Shown: positions 1-12,389 of the stretch, piece by piece
Position numbering within the stretch: the stretch's first letter is position 1
Layout of the letters: each line of letters begins with the position of its first letter
From: a candidate division FCPU426 bacterium
GTDB lineage: Bacteria; Oederibacteriota; Muellerivitia; Muellerivitales; Muellerivitaceae
Direction of reading: 5' to 3'
Assembly: GCA_963719085.1 (NCBI GenBank)
Contig: CAVRAL010000001.1
Span: 992,001-1,056,000 of the forward strand
DNA: 64,000 nucleotides
The notes under the pieces: generated by a model
The model's input: the letters and a program-made list of their open reading frames with translations, nothing else
Database searches by the model: none
What the model was told of the DNA's origin: nothing
Program-made: the position numbers and the translations under genes

Positions 1-42
1 TAATGGATTGGGTGAAGGATGGGCCAAAGAGGCCACCTGCTC

Positions 43-2391
43 TCAGGGTTTATTCAACAATTTCCACAACTCGGTTTGAGCTTCCTTGTTTTGAGGGTCA
101 ATTTTAAGAACCCCCCGTAAAGCCTCCTCGGCCTCTTGCCGGTTCCCTGTTTTTTCCATCAAAAGCGCCAAAGCCATTTGGGACTCCAGTCTTTGCGGAT
201 TCATTCGCACGGCGGATTCCAAAAGATTTTGAGCCGCCTTCACATTTCCATCCTTCTCGTAAAGCTGTCCCAAGTGATATTGGGCGTCCGCCAAGACGCT
301 GTTGAGCCGGACGGTTTCATTCAACAAGTCCAAAACCGCCGCGTCATTGGCGCCGTTTTTCATTTTATTCTGGTCCATTTCCCCCATGACTTCCTTGATC
401 CTGGCCGGGTAGGTTTTTACAATTTTCTCAAAATCCATCCTGGCCGCCTCCAATAAATTATCCTGGGTATAAATCAAGGCCAAGGATTGTTTGGAAATGG
501 TGTCGTTGGGATCCAAACTGAGGGCCCTTTCATAACTGCGGATCGCGGCCGAATATTGCCGCTGTCCCAGAAGCCATTGCCCCAAGCCGTCGAATCCTTC
601 CACATAGCGGTGGTAGTATCGGGCCGCGGGCCCGTCGCTCGCATCCTTTGCCTGCACCACATCGGTCAAATCGTAACGGGCTTGGACATCCTCCACCTTT
701 TCCGGGCTCAACGTATTCGGGCTGAATCGTTGGGTGAGCAAGGTCGGAACCGCCGCCGGACCGTCCCAGTTTGCCGGCAGCGAAGCGATATCCCAATCAA
801 TTTCCCTTCCACTTTCGTTGGATCGGATCAAATCAATCAGGACCGATTCGCTGGAGCCGTTAATTTTGGAGAAAAGCAAAGCCGAGTCCCGGCCGATGAC
901 TTGGGACAAATACCATTTTTGGTTCAAATCCTGCTCATCCAAAATGAGGATGCCGGGGGTCAGGGGTTCAGAAAGGCGGGCCACCCGGCAGGCGGCCGCC
1001 TCAAATGGATCTTGGCAAATAAGGACACCGTTGGCGTCAAGCCCCCGAATGAGATTAAGCGCGTGCTGCTGCGGGAACAAAAAATCCCCCCGAAGAGAGG
1101 ACTGCCCCGGAAGAAAAGCGGCCGCGCAAGACAAAAGAGCCCCGGCGGCCAATGTTCCCGCCCAGAGACGAAGGGACACTCCGGCGGCCGATTTACGGTC
1201 ATAATGCTTTTCGCCGGTCCGAATTAACAGCTCGGCCAACCCGGCGAAAACCCAAAGTCCGGTCGGCCCCGCCTGCCAGGACGACTCGGACGCGAAACCA
1301 ACCGCCAGGATCAACGCCGCAGCCCAAACGATAAAATCTTTTCCGGCCGAGAAGGCGCCCGTGATCTTCCACCGGTAAATCAGAAGAAACAAAAGCGCGA
1401 GTAAAAATGGAACGAGCGCCCAGCCTAAAAAACCGAACGAATCCAGGAAACCCCAGTCAAAAAGAAAATGCCTTTCCACGAGATCTTTGGCCTGCGTCAT
1501 CCCGACGCTAAAAGGCGAGGCGCCGCCCCAGGAGGGAAAAAATTGAAGGGTTCTAAAAACCACCCATAAAAAAGGGCTAAGCCCCAAGACTAAAAACAAA
1601 AAGGCCCTTTTCGGTCTTTCCACTTCCCGTGAATCGGCCAGCCCCAGGTTAAGAAGTCCTAAGACGCCCCAGGCCGGATGCACGCTCCAAAGCAGTCCCG
1701 TGAGAAGCCCCAAACTTTCCCCTTGGACTTCCCCCGCCTTTAAGGAAAGCCTTTGCCAAACAAAAAGTAAAAGTCCCAGCATGGCCACGGATCCGGAAGC
1801 GATCGTTCCCGCTTCCCAAAAAGGACGGCTGGCCAGCACGGATCCGGATAAAAGGAGAAGAACCACAAACGAACCGGCCGTTTTTTCCCGGACCAGGGTG
1901 AACCACCAAAGCGCTATCAAGACAAAACTAAAACCCGCCAAAACCACAGCCTGCATGGGCAGGGTAAAAAAATCCCCGTGAAAAATATAAATTGAGGCTT
2001 GCCCCAGCAGATAAGTCAGCGGTGACCAAAGCGGCTGGGTGACCGCGCCGGCTTGAACCGCCAAAAAGTAATCCGGATCCCGGCCCCAGTAAAAAGAAGG
2101 CGCCTGGGTCAAACCATATAGCGCCACCGCGCCCACGCCGCTGAGCCCGGCCCCCAGCCACGCGAAAGAGGAAAACGGGTGGAGCCGATGCGCGCCCCAG
2201 CCCGCCAAAAAAGCCGCGAACGACAACAATATCCAAACGGATCCCAAGCCCATGTTGCCTTGGGCAAAAACGAACCATCCTCCCAAACCCATGGCGACGC
2301 CCGCCGCATTGGCGGCTTTTCGGAAAATCCGCCGTTGGTGGCGGCGAACCCGGATCTGCTCTTCGGCGGCGACTTCCTCAATATTACGCAT
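43..2391 (-). CDS. Polytopic membrane protein with C-terminal TPR repeats (DUF2723/GT-C glycosyltransferase-like, tentative)
   Basis: 782 aa ORF; many hydrophobic segments in the N-terminal half; TPR-like motifs (LGQWLLGQRQYSAAIRSYERALSLDP, AQYHLGQLYEKDG...AVRMNP) at the C-terminus. Confidence 0.65.
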   Translation of the reverse strand: MRNIEEVAAEEQIRVRRHQRRIFRKAANAAGVAMGLGGWFVFAQGNMGLGSVWILLSFAAFLAGWGAHRLHPFSSFAWLGAGLSGVGAVALYGLTQAPSFYWGRDPDYFLAVQAGAVTQPLWSPLTYLLGQASIYIFHGDFFTLPMQAVVLAGFSFVLIALWWFTLVREKTAGSFVVLLLLSGSVLASRPFWEAGTIASGSVAMLGLLLFVWQRLSLKAGEVQGESLGLLTGLLWSVHPAWGVLGLLNLGLADSREVERPKRAFLFLVLGLSPFLWVVFRTLQFFPSWGGASPFSVGMTQAKDLVERHFLFDWGFLDSFGFLGWALVPFLLALLFLLIYRWKITGAFSAGKDFIVWAAALILAVGFASESSWQAGPTGLWVFAGLAELLIRTGEKHYDRKSAAGVSLRLWAGTLAAGALLSCAAAFLPGQSSLRGDFLFPQQHALNLIRGLDANGVLICQDPFEAAACRVARLSEPLTPGILILDEQDLNQKWYLSQVIGRDSALLFSKINGSSESVLIDLIRSNESGREIDWDIASLPANWDGPAAVPTLLTQRFSPNTLSPEKVEDVQARYDLTDVVQAKDASDGPAARYYHRYVEGFDGLGQWLLGQRQYSAAIRSYERALSLDPNDTISKQSLALIYTQDNLLEAARMDFEKIVKTYPARIKEVMGEMDQNKMKNGANDAAVLDLLNETVRLNSVLADAQYHLGQLYEKDGNVKAAQNLLESAVRMNPQRLESQMALALLMEKTGNRQEAEEALRGVLKIDPQNKEAQTELWKLLNKP

Positions 2392-3139
2392 GCATTCTCC
2401 CGGCCGCGAGCGCCAATCCCATTAAAGTCAAATCCGGCTCGATTTCCCGGAACAATCCCGTGTCCTCAAATACATGGCACCAGCCGCCCGTGGCCACCGC
2501 CGGGCAGCGCGCCGCGCCCAGTTCTTTTCGGATCCGCGAGAGAATCTCACGGGTCTCTCCCAAGGTTCCGTAATAGATGCCGGAACGGATGGCTTCGGTC
2601 GTTGTGCGGCCCACGGTTTTTTTCACTTTGGCGAACTTGACCAGAGGCAGTTTAGCCGTTTGGTCGTGCATGGCCTTCAGCGACATGCCGATCCCGGGAA
2701 CAATGACGCCGCCCCGGTAGGCGCCGGCCTTATCCACCACGTCAAAGGTCGTGCCGGTCCCGTAATCCACCACAATGACGGGAGCGCCATAAAGATGTTG
2801 GGCCGCCAGGCTGTTCACGATCCTGTCCGCTCCAACTTCGCGCGGTTTTTTATAACGGATTTCAATGCCAAGCTTGGGATCGCCCGGAACCACAAAATCG
2901 GCTCTTTTCCCAAAAACTTTCAGAACCGCCTTGGCGACGATGGAATCCACCGGCGGAACCACGCTGGAAACAACCACTTGGTCCGCTTCCCCGATCCCGC
3001 CAAGCGCCCGGGCCCATCGCAGGGCGGTCGAAGGGGCATGAAGCGCCTGGGTCTGGGCGGCATGGCGGCGGACGACTTTTAAATGACGCATCAGCCCTGA
3101 AACCACCCGGCTGTTTCCAATATCAATGGCCCAAATCAT
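2384..3139 (-). CDS. coaX: Type III pantothenate kinase
   Basis: AIDIGNS, SSVVP, GADR, VVDYGTGTTFD, GGVIVPG and VATGG motifs; next to birA. Confidence 0.95.
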   Translation of the reverse strand: MIWAIDIGNSRVVSGLMRHLKVVRRHAAQTQALHAPSTALRWARALGGIGEADQVVVSSVVPPVDSIVAKAVLKVFGKRADFVVPGDPKLGIEIRYKKPREVGADRIVNSLAAQHLYGAPVIVVDYGTGTTFDVVDKAGAYRGGVIVPGIGMSLKAMHDQTAKLPLVKFAKVKKTVGRTTTEAIRSGIYYGTLGETREILSRIRKELGAARCPAVATGGWCHVFEDTGLFREIEPDLTLMGLALAAGRMHA

Positions 3140-4188
3140 TTTTTCCTCGTTTTTAACGAACGGTTATGGATTTTTCGCTTCGAGAGGCGCAAAAGTTCCA
3201 CGTCCCCCGCTAAGATTTTTTCCACCATGCCCAAATCATTGCGGACCAAAAGGGCGCCGCCCTCATCCACACCCACCACTTGGGCGTATAAAACCCGGTT
3301 CGATTGATGGATCCGAACCTGGCGCTGATTCAATAAAGAGCGTTTACGCCATTCCGCCAGCACCCGCTGAAACTGCCGCTTGCGGACCCACCCTTCCACT
3401 TTTTGTAAATGAAGAAGCAAATTTTGAAAAAAGGCGACCCGATCGATTTTTTTACCCGTATGCCGGTAATAACTGGTCGCCTGGCTTCGTAAGTCCCGGG
3501 AAAAATCGCCGGATTCCTGGTTCAAATTGACGCCAATGCCTAAAACCGCGAAAGCTATTTTATCCTGTTTTCCCCGGGTTTCCGTCAAAATGCCGCAAGC
3601 TTTACGCCCCCCCAAATAAACGTCATTGGGCCATTTGATCTTCGGCTTCAATTTCCAGTTTTCAAAAGTAAAGGCCACCGCCACCGCCGCCGCCAAGGTG
3701 AGCTCCGAGGCTTCTTGAAAGGACAGCGTCGGCCGCAAAATCACCGAAAAGGCCAAACCTTTGCCCTCGGACGAAATCCAGCTTCGCCCCTGCCGGCCCC
3801 GTCCGCGGGTTTGGTTTTCAGCGACTAAGACCGTTCCGTCCGCCGCCCCTTTTTCGCCCAGGAGCAGGGCCCGGTCATTGGTGGAGGCGATGGTTTCAAA
3901 AGCCTGAAGCGTCTTGCCGAGCCGGTCGGTCTCCAAGCCCCGTAATAATCTTTCAGGAAAAAAACGGTCCGGTTCGGACGCGAGCCTTAATTTTCCATCC
4001 GCTTGCGTCTCAAACCCATAACCATCCCGGGCCATCGACGCCAATTCTTTTTCCAATTCGTGAACGGTGAGTCCCGCCGCCGAAGCCAACTTCCCCGGAA
4101 AAACAGGGCGGCCTTCCCCCTTGGCCAACAAAGTAAGAATCTTGAATTGAGAGGGAGAAAAACGATAAGCCGCCGTCTCGACGCTCAT
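3136..4188 (-). CDS. birA: Bifunctional biotin--[acetyl-CoA-carboxylase] ligase with N-terminal HTH
   Basis: STND, QTRGRGRQGRSW, IKWPND, KACGILTE and GIGVNL motifs. Confidence 0.95.
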   Translation of the reverse strand: MSVETAAYRFSPSQFKILTLLAKGEGRPVFPGKLASAAGLTVHELEKELASMARDGYGFETQADGKLRLASEPDRFFPERLLRGLETDRLGKTLQAFETIASTNDRALLLGEKGAADGTVLVAENQTRGRGRQGRSWISSEGKGLAFSVILRPTLSFQEASELTLAAAVAVAFTFENWKLKPKIKWPNDVYLGGRKACGILTETRGKQDKIAFAVLGIGVNLNQESGDFSRDLRSQATSYYRHTGKKIDRVAFFQNLLLHLQKVEGWVRKRQFQRVLAEWRKRSLLNQRQVRIHQSNRVLYAQVVGVDEGGALLVRNDLGMVEKILAGDVELLRLSKRKIHNRSLKTRKK

Positions 4189-4203
4189 GAAGGCTCCCGG
4201 AAA

Positions 4204-5085
4204 TTATTTTGATACGGGAAACAACGCCATGGAAAAATCAATGGAAGGCGCCGAATGGGTGAGCGCTCCGGACGAGAACCGGTCCACCGGCAAGGAAGCG
4301 TAACGCCCGATGTTCTTCAAGGTCAGCCCACCCGAAGTCTCGATTTGGACCCGGCCCTTGGTCTTTTTAATAATCTCGCGGAAAAGCCGGGGCAAGGCGT
4401 TATCGACCAAAATAAGGTCGGCGCCGGCCGCGACGGCCGCCAAAGCGTCCTTTAGATTCTCGACCTCCACCTCAATGAACTCCCGGCGCCCATAGCGCTG
4501 GCGGGCCGCGGTGACCGTTTGGGTGACGCCACCGCCGAGGGACAAGTGGTTGTCCTTGATCAGCACATGGCCGGAAAGATTGAAGCGGTGGTTTTTGCCG
4601 CCACCCACCCGGACCGCGTACCGCTCCAATGGACGCAGGAGCGGTGTGGTCTTGCGGGTATCGTAAATACGAGGGCTACCCAATTCATCCCGGAAACGCC
4701 GGGTCAAGGTGGCCACCCCCGAAAGACGGCTGAGAAAATTCAGCGAGAGACGCTCGCCGGATAAAAGCGCTTGGGCCGGTCCGGAAAGGACCGCCACCTT
4801 AGTTTCTTTTTTGATTTCCCGGCCTTCTTGGCGCAGCGCCAGGACCCGGCAGCGGGAATCCAGCAATCGATAAATGGACGCGACCAAGGGAAGTCCGGCC
4901 AGAACGCCCGGCTGTTTGGCGCGGATCTCGCCCCGGGCCCAAAGGGACCGGGGCACGGTGGCCCGGGTGGTGCGGTCGTTCTGCGCGCCGTCCTCTTCCA
5001 GGGCTTGGTGCAAAATTTTTTGAAGCGAGGCTTTCGAGAAGCCTTCGGCGCTTAAATCCAGGGGTCGGACGGGGATCGGGCTCAA
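4204..5085 (-). CDS. nadC: Nicotinate-nucleotide diphosphorylase (carboxylating)
   Basis: DTRKTTP, NHRFNL, LIKDNH, IEVEV, ILVDN and ETSGG motifs. Confidence 0.95.
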   Translation of the reverse strand: MSPIPVRPLDLSAEGFSKASLQKILHQALEEDGAQNDRTTRATVPRSLWARGEIRAKQPGVLAGLPLVASIYRLLDSRCRVLALRQEGREIKKETKVAVLSGPAQALLSGERLSLNFLSRLSGVATLTRRFRDELGSPRIYDTRKTTPLLRPLERYAVRVGGGKNHRFNLSGHVLIKDNHLSLGGGVTQTVTAARQRYGRREFIEVEVENLKDALAAVAAGADLILVDNALPRLFREIIKKTKGRVQIETSGGLTLKNIGRYASLPVDRFSSGALTHSAPSIDFSMALFPVSK

Positions 5086-7745
5086 GTTTTTAAAAATTCC
5101 AGGTTCTTTCGGATCCGGGCCGCTTTTTCCCGGGCCTCGGACAGCTTCGCCTTTTCCGCCGCGATGACCTCGGCCGGGGCGCGGCTGACGAACTGCTCGT
5201 TGGAAAGTTTCCCTTCCACCGACTGAACAAATTTTTCCAGTTTTTGCACCTCTTTCTCTTGCCGCGCCGATTCGGCGGCCAAATCGATAAGACCCTCCAA
5301 ATGGACATAAACTTCGCCCCCGCCGACCACGGCGATGGCCGTCTTCGCGGGCCGGGACGCCGCTTGGCCGATCTCGCTCACCTTGCAGAGTTTTTTCATC
5401 AGTTCTTCCGAGCCGGCCAACTTGGACAAAAAGGCCTTCTCCTGGAGAAGGGAAACCCGGATCTCGGTGGCCGGCGGGACGTTCAATTCACTGCGGGCGG
5501 TCCTCACCGCCGTCACCACTTCCTGTAAAAACTCAAAAGCCGCCACCGAGTCGGGCGCTTGGGGATATTCGGAAGCGCTGGGCCATGGGGCCAGCATCAG
5601 ACTCTGTCGTGAACCCGGTAAGCGGTGCCAAAGTTCTTCCGTCACGAAAGGCATGATCGGCTGCAAAAGCCTCAACACCGCGTCCAAAACCGCCACGGCC
5701 AGAGCCGCGGTTTCTTGTTTCACGGGAGAATCCGCCGGCAGATAAAGCCGGGGCTTGATCGATTCCCAATACCAATCACAGACCTCGTTCCAGAGGAAGC
5801 GGTAAAGGGTTTGGGACAGTTCAGCCACCTTGTAACTTTCGTAATAACGGCCCGCCTCCTCGATCACCCGCGACAAACGGGTGACAATCCACTTGTCTTC
5901 CAAGCGGGTCAAAGGGGTCTTTTTAAAATCATAAACCGAGACTTCCTGAGTTCCCACCGCCATCAAAAGAAACCGGGTGGCGTTATAAAGTTTATTCACG
6001 AAATTTCGGGATGATTCCAGCCGATCCGGCGTCAAGGACACGTAGCGTTGGCGGGTCTCAATGGAGGTCAAGGTGAAGCGCAAAGCGTCGGTGCCGTATT
6101 TGTCGATCATGTCCAAAGGATCCACCACGTTCCCCTTGGACTTGCTCATCTTTTTGCCCTCTTCGTCCGCCACCAGGGAATAAATGTAAACCTGCTCAAA
6201 GGGCACCCGGTCCATGAATTTCAGCCCCATCATCATCATGCGGGCGACCCAGAAAAAAAGAATGTCCCAGCTGGTCACCAAAACGGAGGTGGGGTAAAAA
6301 AGCTCCAACTCTTTGGTTTTTTCAGGCCAACCCAAGGTCGAAAAAGGCCAGAGGGCCGACGAGAACCAGGTGTCGAGCACATCGGGATCTTGCTCAAAAA
6401 CCTGTTTGCCGCAATTGGAGCAAACCTTCGGCTCCCCGTCGGAGGCCATTTGATGGGAACAGGCCTTGCAGTTATAAACCGGGATCCGGTGGCCCCACCA
6501 AATTTGGCGGCTGATGCACCAATCCTGGATATTGTTGAGCCAGCGGTCATACTCGGCCCGCCACATCTCGGGAATGAACTGGGTTTTTCCGTCGGCCACA
6601 GCCTTCAAAGCCCGTTCGGCCAGCGGTTTCATTTTGACGAACCATTGTTTGGAGTAGTAGGGTTCCACCACGGTCCCGCATCGGTAGCAATGGCCCACGT
6701 TATGCTCATGGGGCTCGACTTTTAAGAGCAGGCCCGAGGCTGTCAGGTCTTCCACAATTTTTTTACGCGCGGCAAACCGGTCCAACCCCTTATAAACTCC
6801 CGCGTTCTCATTCAGGGTTCCGTCCGGATTGAGGATGTTGATCTGGGGAAGTTTATGCCGGTTGCCGACTTGGAAATCGTTGAAGTCATGGGCGGGGGTA
6901 ATCTTGACCACGCCGGTTCCAAAATCCTTATCCACATAGGTGTCTTGGATGATCGGAATACGCCTTCCCGTCAAAGGCACCGCGACGGATTTCCCCACCA
7001 GCCCGGCGTAACGGTCGTCATCCGGATGGATGGCCACCGCGGTGTCCCCCAAAAGGGTCTCCGGCCGGGTCGTCGCCACTTCCAACCCGTCCTTGGGGTC
7101 ATGCACAAAGGGATAGCGGATATGGTAGAAAAAACCCTGGGTCGGTTTATGTTCCACCTCAATGTCCGAGAGGGCGGTTTGGCAGCTGGGGCACCAATTA
7201 ATTAAATAGTAGTCCTGATAAATTAACTTATCATTGTAAAGCGAGATAAAAACCTGGCGGACGGCCTTGGAAAGACCCTCGTCCAAGGTGAACCGCTCCC
7301 GGCTCCAATCGCAGGAAGCCCCCATTTTGCGGATCTGTTGGGTAATGGCGGTTCCGTATTTTTCTTTCCATTCCCAGGTGCGTTTCACGAAAGCCTCGCG
7401 CCCCAGGTCATAACGGGTTTTGCCTTCCTTGCGCAATTCCCTTTCCACCACGTTTTGGGTGGCGATCCCAGCGTGATCGGTTCCCGGAAGCCAGAGCACG
7501 TTAAAACCATTCATGCGTTTGTAACGGGCGATCAAATCCTGCAGGGTGTGGTTCAAGGCGTGGCCCATATGCAGACGGCCCGTCACGTTCGGCGGCGGGA
7601 TCACCATGGAAAAAGGCGGCTTTTCTTTTGAGGTGGAGGCCGTGAAATAGCCGGATTTTTCCCAAAACTCATACCAGCGGCCCTCCAGATCCTTTGGATC
7701 GTAAGCGGGCGGCATCAAATTGGGGTCATTGTTTTCCATAAACAT
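5082..7745 (-). CDS. valS: Valine--tRNA ligase
   Basis: [13 protein letters not shown] (HIGH), [17 protein letters not shown] and C-terminal coiled coil. Confidence 0.98.
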   Translation of the reverse strand: MFMENNDPNLMPPAYDPKDLEGRWYEFWEKSGYFTASTSKEKPPFSMVIPPPNVTGRLHMGHALNHTLQDLIARYKRMNGFNVLWLPGTDHAGIATQNVVERELRKEGKTRYDLGREAFVKRTWEWKEKYGTAITQQIRKMGASCDWSRERFTLDEGLSKAVRQVFISLYNDKLIYQDYYLINWCPSCQTALSDIEVEHKPTQGFFYHIRYPFVHDPKDGLEVATTRPETLLGDTAVAIHPDDDRYAGLVGKSVAVPLTGRRIPIIQDTYVDKDFGTGVVKITPAHDFNDFQVGNRHKLPQINILNPDGTLNENAGVYKGLDRFAARKKIVEDLTASGLLLKVEPHEHNVGHCYRCGTVVEPYYSKQWFVKMKPLAERALKAVADGKTQFIPEMWRAEYDRWLNNIQDWCISRQIWWGHRIPVYNCKACSHQMASDGEPKVCSNCGKQVFEQDPDVLDTWFSSALWPFSTLGWPEKTKELELFYPTSVLVTSWDILFFWVARMMMMGLKFMDRVPFEQVYIYSLVADEEGKKMSKSKGNVVDPLDMIDKYGTDALRFTLTSIETRQRYVSLTPDRLESSRNFVNKLYNATRFLLMAVGTQEVSVYDFKKTPLTRLEDKWIVTRLSRVIEEAGRYYESYKVAELSQTLYRFLWNEVCDWYWESIKPRLYLPADSPVKQETAALAVAVLDAVLRLLQPIMPFVTEELWHRLPGSRQSLMLAPWPSASEYPQAPDSVAAFEFLQEVVTAVRTARSELNVPPATEIRVSLLQEKAFLSKLAGSEELMKKLCKVSEIGQAASRPAKTAIAVVGGGEVYVHLEGLIDLAAESARQEKEVQKLEKFVQSVEGKLSNEQFVSRAPAEVIAAEKAKLSEAREKAARIRKNLEFLKT

Positions 7746-8397
7746 CCTCAGTGGAATTCGTGGCGTTGGAAGCCGTCGTCGCGCTTTCCGTGGTTCCCAG
7801 GGCGTAATGCCCGGCTAGGCTGGGCGCGTCCAAACCATTCACCAAAAGCTTGATTTGCTTCACTTCCGAAAAATTCTTAGTCAAGGTCTCAATGAGGCCC
7901 CGAACAAACAAAAGCTCCTCATAAAAACCCATGGAGCCCGCCGTCAAATTGGCGGTGGAAACGTCCACGACCGCTCCTTCTTGCGGCGTAAAATAAACCT
8001 CATTCACCGTGAGCCCCGCGGGAATATCCAGACGATTGCTCTGGGCCACAAAAGCCAGAACGGCTTGTTTCATTTGGTTCAATCGGCTTTTGCTTTGGCG
8101 GATAGTCACGGGGAAATCAGCCCATTTCCCGGTTCGAAGATCCAATCCTTTTAAGTTAATCTTCAGCGGTTTATCCTCGGGCGCGAACAAGGGCAATTCA
8201 ACGCTGCCGGCATCCGTCACCGCCGGCGCGCTGGTTTTCAACGCCCGGTCATGGAGCGCCGCGATGCCGAGTGCCGCCCCCAAAAACAGGGCGCTCGCCG
8301 CCGAAAGAATCCATTTGTTTTTCAGGTTCAATCTCAATCCAAGCCTCCGAAATAAAACCGCGTCATTCGTTGGGAATCCGAAGATACTCGTCCACAC
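7726..8397 (-). CDS. GerMN-domain membrane-anchored protein (start uncertain)
   Basis: N-terminal TM helix; IPAGLTV...AVVDVS...[21 protein letters not shown]...LAGH pattern typical of GerMN; follows an amidase gene. Confidence 0.75.
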   Translation of the reverse strand: MWTSIFGFPTNDAVLFRRLGLRLNLKNKWILSAASALFLGAALGIAALHDRALKTSAPAVTDAGSVELPLFAPEDKPLKINLKGLDLRTGKWADFPVTIRQSKSRLNQMKQAVLAFVAQSNRLDIPAGLTVNEVYFTPQEGAVVDVSTANLTAGSMGFYEELLFVRGLIETLTKNFSEVKQIKLLVNGLDAPSLAGHYALGTTESATTASNATNSTEDVYGKQ

Positions 8398-9088
8398 CCT
8401 TGACGGCTTTGGAACAAAAGGAATCGATGGCGGCCGAATCGGAAAATTTCTTGAGATCGGACGCGTTGGTTAAAAACAAAGGAATCACGTCCACCGAAGG
8501 GATCGTCAAGTTCCTCAAGCTTTGCTCCGGCGCGCAAAGAATCCGGCCCGTCGCCGTGCCCGACTCCCCTAAAAGTCCCCGGCTGTCCGAAAGGGCCGAG
8601 AACTCCTGGTTGGTCCCTAACTGAATGGCCAAAGCCCGGGCCAAGCGAAGGCTGGCGCGGTATTGGGTTAAAGTCACAATGCCCCAACGGCTGATTTCGT
8701 CCCCCGGCGCGAAGTCCGGATGATTGGGCGGCTCGACCACTAAAAAAGGCCCCGGAATGATCCCGCTCATTTCCCGATCCGCGTGAATCACCAAAACAGC
8801 GGCCGCGCCCGAAGTGTTGATGAGTTGGGCCCTTTTGTCGGGATCCAGCGCGATATCCCCGTCCCGGGAGAGCGTCACGTCAAATCCCGCGCGCGCGAAA
8901 GCCCCCTTGAGGGCCAGCGCGAACTTCAAATCCCAAACTTTTTCCTGTTCTTTGCCGGCCACACTCCCGCTGTCCGGACCGCCATGGGCCGCGTCGATAA
9001 AAATAAGCGGATTGGCGAAGGCTTTCGGACCCAAACAAAGAAACAGGCCGAAGAGAAATAAAATTTTAAAGCTTAATTTTTTCGCCAC
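8363..9088 (-). CDS. N-acetylmuramoyl-L-alanine amidase (Amidase_3) homolog, catalytic Glu apparently absent
   Basis: Signal peptide; IFIDAAHGG, EK, VTLSRDGD..L..RA..IN and VIHAD motifs. Confidence 0.8.
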   Translation of the reverse strand: MAKKLSFKILFLFGLFLCLGPKAFANPLIFIDAAHGGPDSGSVAGKEQEKVWDLKFALALKGAFARAGFDVTLSRDGDIALDPDKRAQLINTSGAAAVLVIHADREMSGIIPGPFLVVEPPNHPDFAPGDEISRWGIVTLTQYRASLRLARALAIQLGTNQEFSALSDSRGLLGESGTATGRILCAPEQSLRNLTIPSVDVIPLFLTNASDLKKFSDSAAIDSFCSKAVKGVDEYLRIPNE

Positions 9089-9165
9089 GTCAATTTTCCC
9101 CTCATGGGATGGTTTGAAAACAATCCGGCCGAAATATTCGACTACGAGTTCCGAGCCGTCCGGTC

Positions 9166-10017
9166 TTATTTGTCGCGGAAAACGCCGATTTGTCGGAACT
9201 TCTCGTAGCGTTGCTTTTCAAGGGCTTCAGGCGAGAGTTTAACGAGGGCCTTCAAATTTCGCACCAGCGCGGTCTTCAGATTACGGGCCGATTTGTCCCA
9301 ATCCAAGTGCGCGCCGCCGGCGGGTTCCGGCACAATTTCCTCCACGATCTTGAAGCGAAGGAGGTCTTCCGCCGAGGGCTTCAATACTTCCGCGGCTTGC
9401 TGGACCATTTCGCGGTCATTCCAAAGGATGGCCGCGCAGCCTTCGGGGGAAATCACCGAGTACCAGGCGTTTTCCATCATGAGCACTTTATTGGCCACAC
9501 CAATGCCTAAGGCTCCGCCGCTTCCACCCTCGCCCAAAATGACCGCGACGATGGGCACCCGTAGTTTGGCCATTTCCAAAAGATTACGGGCGATAGCTTC
9601 CGCCTGGCCCCGCTCCTCGGCGCCCAACCCCGGATAAGCGCCCGCCGTGTCGATGAAGGTGATAACGGGCTTGTTAAACTTTTCAGCCAATTTCATAATC
9701 CGAAGGGCCTTGCGGTAGCCCTCGGGATGCGGCATGCCGAAATTACGGCGCAAATTTTCTTTGGTATCGTGGCCCTTTTGTTGGCCGATCACCGCCACCG
9801 GTTGGTTTTCAATAAAAGCGAACCCGCCCAAGGTGGATAAGTCATCACCAAAGGCCCGGTCTCCGTGGATCTCGAGAAAATCGGTGAAAATCAGCCGGGT
9901 ATAGTCGGACGCGTTGGGCCTTTGAGGATGACGGGCCAACTGGACCTTTTCCCAGGGGGTCAGCTTTCCCGGGGTCTTTTTGGGGGCTGGTTTCACGCTA
10001 TTTTTTTGGTCTTTCAT
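9166..10017 (-). CDS. accA: Acetyl-CoA carboxylase carboxyltransferase alpha subunit
   Basis: [38 protein letters not shown] and YSVISPEG motifs. Confidence 0.98.
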   Translation of the reverse strand: MKDQKNSVKPAPKKTPGKLTPWEKVQLARHPQRPNASDYTRLIFTDFLEIHGDRAFGDDLSTLGGFAFIENQPVAVIGQQKGHDTKENLRRNFGMPHPEGYRKALRIMKLAEKFNKPVITFIDTAGAYPGLGAEERGQAEAIARNLLEMAKLRVPIVAVILGEGGSGGALGIGVANKVLMMENAWYSVISPEGCAAILWNDREMVQQAAEVLKPSAEDLLRFKIVEEIVPEPAGGAHLDWDKSARNLKTALVRNLKALVKLSPEALEKQRYEKFRQIGVFRDK

Positions 10018-10137
10018 GAAAAGCGACGCCTTTCCGGATCAAAAATGAGGGCTCATTATAAGCGGGTTTAAGCGGGTGCCGCAACTCGCAACTTATTGTT
10101 AAGGCCTTTGTGGTTTAGGGATGGAAATTTGAATCGC

Positions 10138-12378
10138 TTAAGCTAGCGGGACATCAAGCCAAATGGACGAGAGGGGTGGCAGTTCAACCACCGCCGAATG
10201 GGACAAACCATGCCAGGGATGCGATTGCGCGTGGACGCCGCCGCCGTTTCCAAAATTACTTCCGCCGTAATGGCTCGAATCGGTATTGAGGATTTCCGGG
10301 TAATAGCCCTCCCGGGGCAATCCCACCCGGTAGCCCGGACGGATGACGGGTGAAAAATTGCAAATACAAATAAGCCGCTTGCCGGAAGCCGGGGCGGTGC
10401 GCATAAAGGCCACCACATTGTCATCGGCGTTGCTCGCGTCAATCCACTGAAAGCCGGCGGGCTCCACATCCGCCTCAAATAATTGCGGGAGGCTTTTGTA
10501 AAGCCGGTTCAAATCCTTCATCAAATCCTGCAGGCGCCAATGATCCGCCCATTGGGTCAGATGCCAATCCAAACTGCGCGAATGCGACCATTCGCTGAAT
10601 TGACCGAACTCACAGCCCATAAACAATAATTTTTTCCCCGGATGGGCCCACATGTAGGCCAATAGCGCGCGCATATTGGCGAACTTTTGCCAACGGTCGC
10701 CCGGCAGTTTGTCGATCAAAGATCCTTTTCCGTGCACCACCTCATCATGGGAAATGGGCAGCACAAAATTCTCGCTCCAAGCGTAGAGGAATCCAAAAGT
10801 TAAATTGTTGTGGTGATAGCGGCGATGGATGGGGTCCCGGCTGAAATAATGCAGGGTGTCATGCATCCATCCCATGTTCCACTTGAAACCAAACCCCAAG
10901 CCACCCGTATAGGTCGGACGGCTGACGCCCGGCCAGGCCGTGGATTCTTCCGCGATCATGAGGGTGCCGGGATATTTGGCGTAAACCACCTCATTCAGTT
11001 TTTTCAGAAATTGAATGGCTTCGAGATTTTCATTGCCGCCATGGATATTGGGAACCCATTCCCCTTCCTTACGGCTGTAGTCCAGGTAAAGCATGGAAGC
11101 CACGGCGTCCAGACGCAACCCGTCGATATGGAACTCCGAGATCCAGTAGAGGGCGTTGGACAAAAGAAAATTTTTCACTTCGTTGCGGCCGAAGTTAAAG
11201 ACATAAGTGCCCCAATCCGGATGCTCGCCTTGGCGGGGGTCCAAATGCTCATAAAGGGCGGTGCCGTCAAAGCGGCCCAGCGCGAACGCGTCTTTGGGAA
11301 AATGGGCGGGCACCCAATCCAAAATGACGCCGATTCCATTTTGATGAAGGGTATCGACCAAATATTTAAAATCGTCAGGGCCCCCAAACCGCGCCGTGGG
11401 GGCAAAATAAGCCGAGACTTGGTATCCCCAGGAGCCGCCAAAAGGATGTTCCATGATGGGCATGAGCTCCACGTGCGTGAAACCCATTTCTTTCACATAC
11501 TCGGTCAATTCGCCGGCCAGCTCCCGATAGGTCAGGGGACGGTCCCCTTCTTCCGGTACATGCCGCCAGGATTCCAAATGCAGTTCGTAAATCGACAAGG
11601 GTGATTTGAGCGCGTCCTGGAATTTTATTTTTTCAGTCCAAGCTTGGTCTTTAAAGTGGTATTGGGTCTGGTAAAGCACCGAAGCGGTCAGGGGCGGGCA
11701 TTCGGTGGCGAAGGCGTAAGGATCGGCTTTTAAAAGATGACCGCCGCCATGGGTGTGGATTTCATATTTATAGCGTTGTCCGGCTTTGAGGCCCGGAATG
11801 AAGATTTCCCAGATGCCCGAGGAGCCCAGGCACCGCATGGGATGGAGCCGGCCGTCCCACGAATTGAAATCCCCCACCACGCTCACGGACCGCGCGCCGG
11901 GCGCCCAAACCGCAAAGGCCGCCCCGTCCACGCCCTGCCATTCCTTCAGATGGGCGCCCATGCGCTCATAAAGATTCTCATGGGTGCCTTCGCCCAAAAG
12001 GTAAAGGTCCATCTCGCCCAAGGTGGGCCAAAATGAGAAAGGATCCCAATAGCGAAACTGGTTTCCATCCGGATATTGGGCTTCCACTTCGTAAGGTTCC
12101 AGCCTTTGGAGCCCCAAGAAAAGCTTCTCGAACAAACCGCTTTCATGGGTCTTCTCCAGTTTTTCCCACTTGGCTTTTCCGATGGAGACCCTAACTTCCA
12201 GAGCGCCGGGCCTAAAAACCCGGATCACCGCGCCCTTGGGCGCCGGGTGGATGCCTAAAAAGGAATGGGGATCGCCGTGGTTCAAGTGAAGGAGTTTTTG
12301 AAGCTCATTCGACACCGAGGGCGCGGGAGCCGATTTTTTAACCGGCGACTTTTTGCGCGGCTGCGACTTAGATGCCAT
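10138..12378 (-). CDS. glgB: 1,4-alpha-glucan branching enzyme (GH13)
   Basis: [44 protein letters not shown] and SHDEVVHGK motifs. Confidence 0.98.
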   Translation of the reverse strand: MASKSQPRKKSPVKKSAPAPSVSNELQKLLHLNHGDPHSFLGIHPAPKGAVIRVFRPGALEVRVSIGKAKWEKLEKTHESGLFEKLFLGLQRLEPYEVEAQYPDGNQFRYWDPFSFWPTLGEMDLYLLGEGTHENLYERMGAHLKEWQGVDGAAFAVWAPGARSVSVVGDFNSWDGRLHPMRCLGSSGIWEIFIPGLKAGQRYKYEIHTHGGGHLLKADPYAFATECPPLTASVLYQTQYHFKDQAWTEKIKFQDALKSPLSIYELHLESWRHVPEEGDRPLTYRELAGELTEYVKEMGFTHVELMPIMEHPFGGSWGYQVSAYFAPTARFGGPDDFKYLVDTLHQNGIGVILDWVPAHFPKDAFALGRFDGTALYEHLDPRQGEHPDWGTYVFNFGRNEVKNFLLSNALYWISEFHIDGLRLDAVASMLYLDYSRKEGEWVPNIHGGNENLEAIQFLKKLNEVVYAKYPGTLMIAEESTAWPGVSRPTYTGGLGFGFKWNMGWMHDTLHYFSRDPIHRRYHHNNLTFGFLYAWSENFVLPISHDEVVHGKGSLIDKLPGDRWQKFANMRALLAYMWAHPGKKLLFMGCEFGQFSEWSHSRSLDWHLTQWADHWRLQDLMKDLNRLYKSLPQLFEADVEPAGFQWIDASNADDNVVAFMRTAPASGKRLICICNFSPVIRPGYRVGLPREGYYPEILNTDSSHYGGSNFGNGGGVHAQSHPWHGLSHSAVVELPPLSSIWLDVPLA

Positions 12379-12389
12379 GATGCCTCGGT

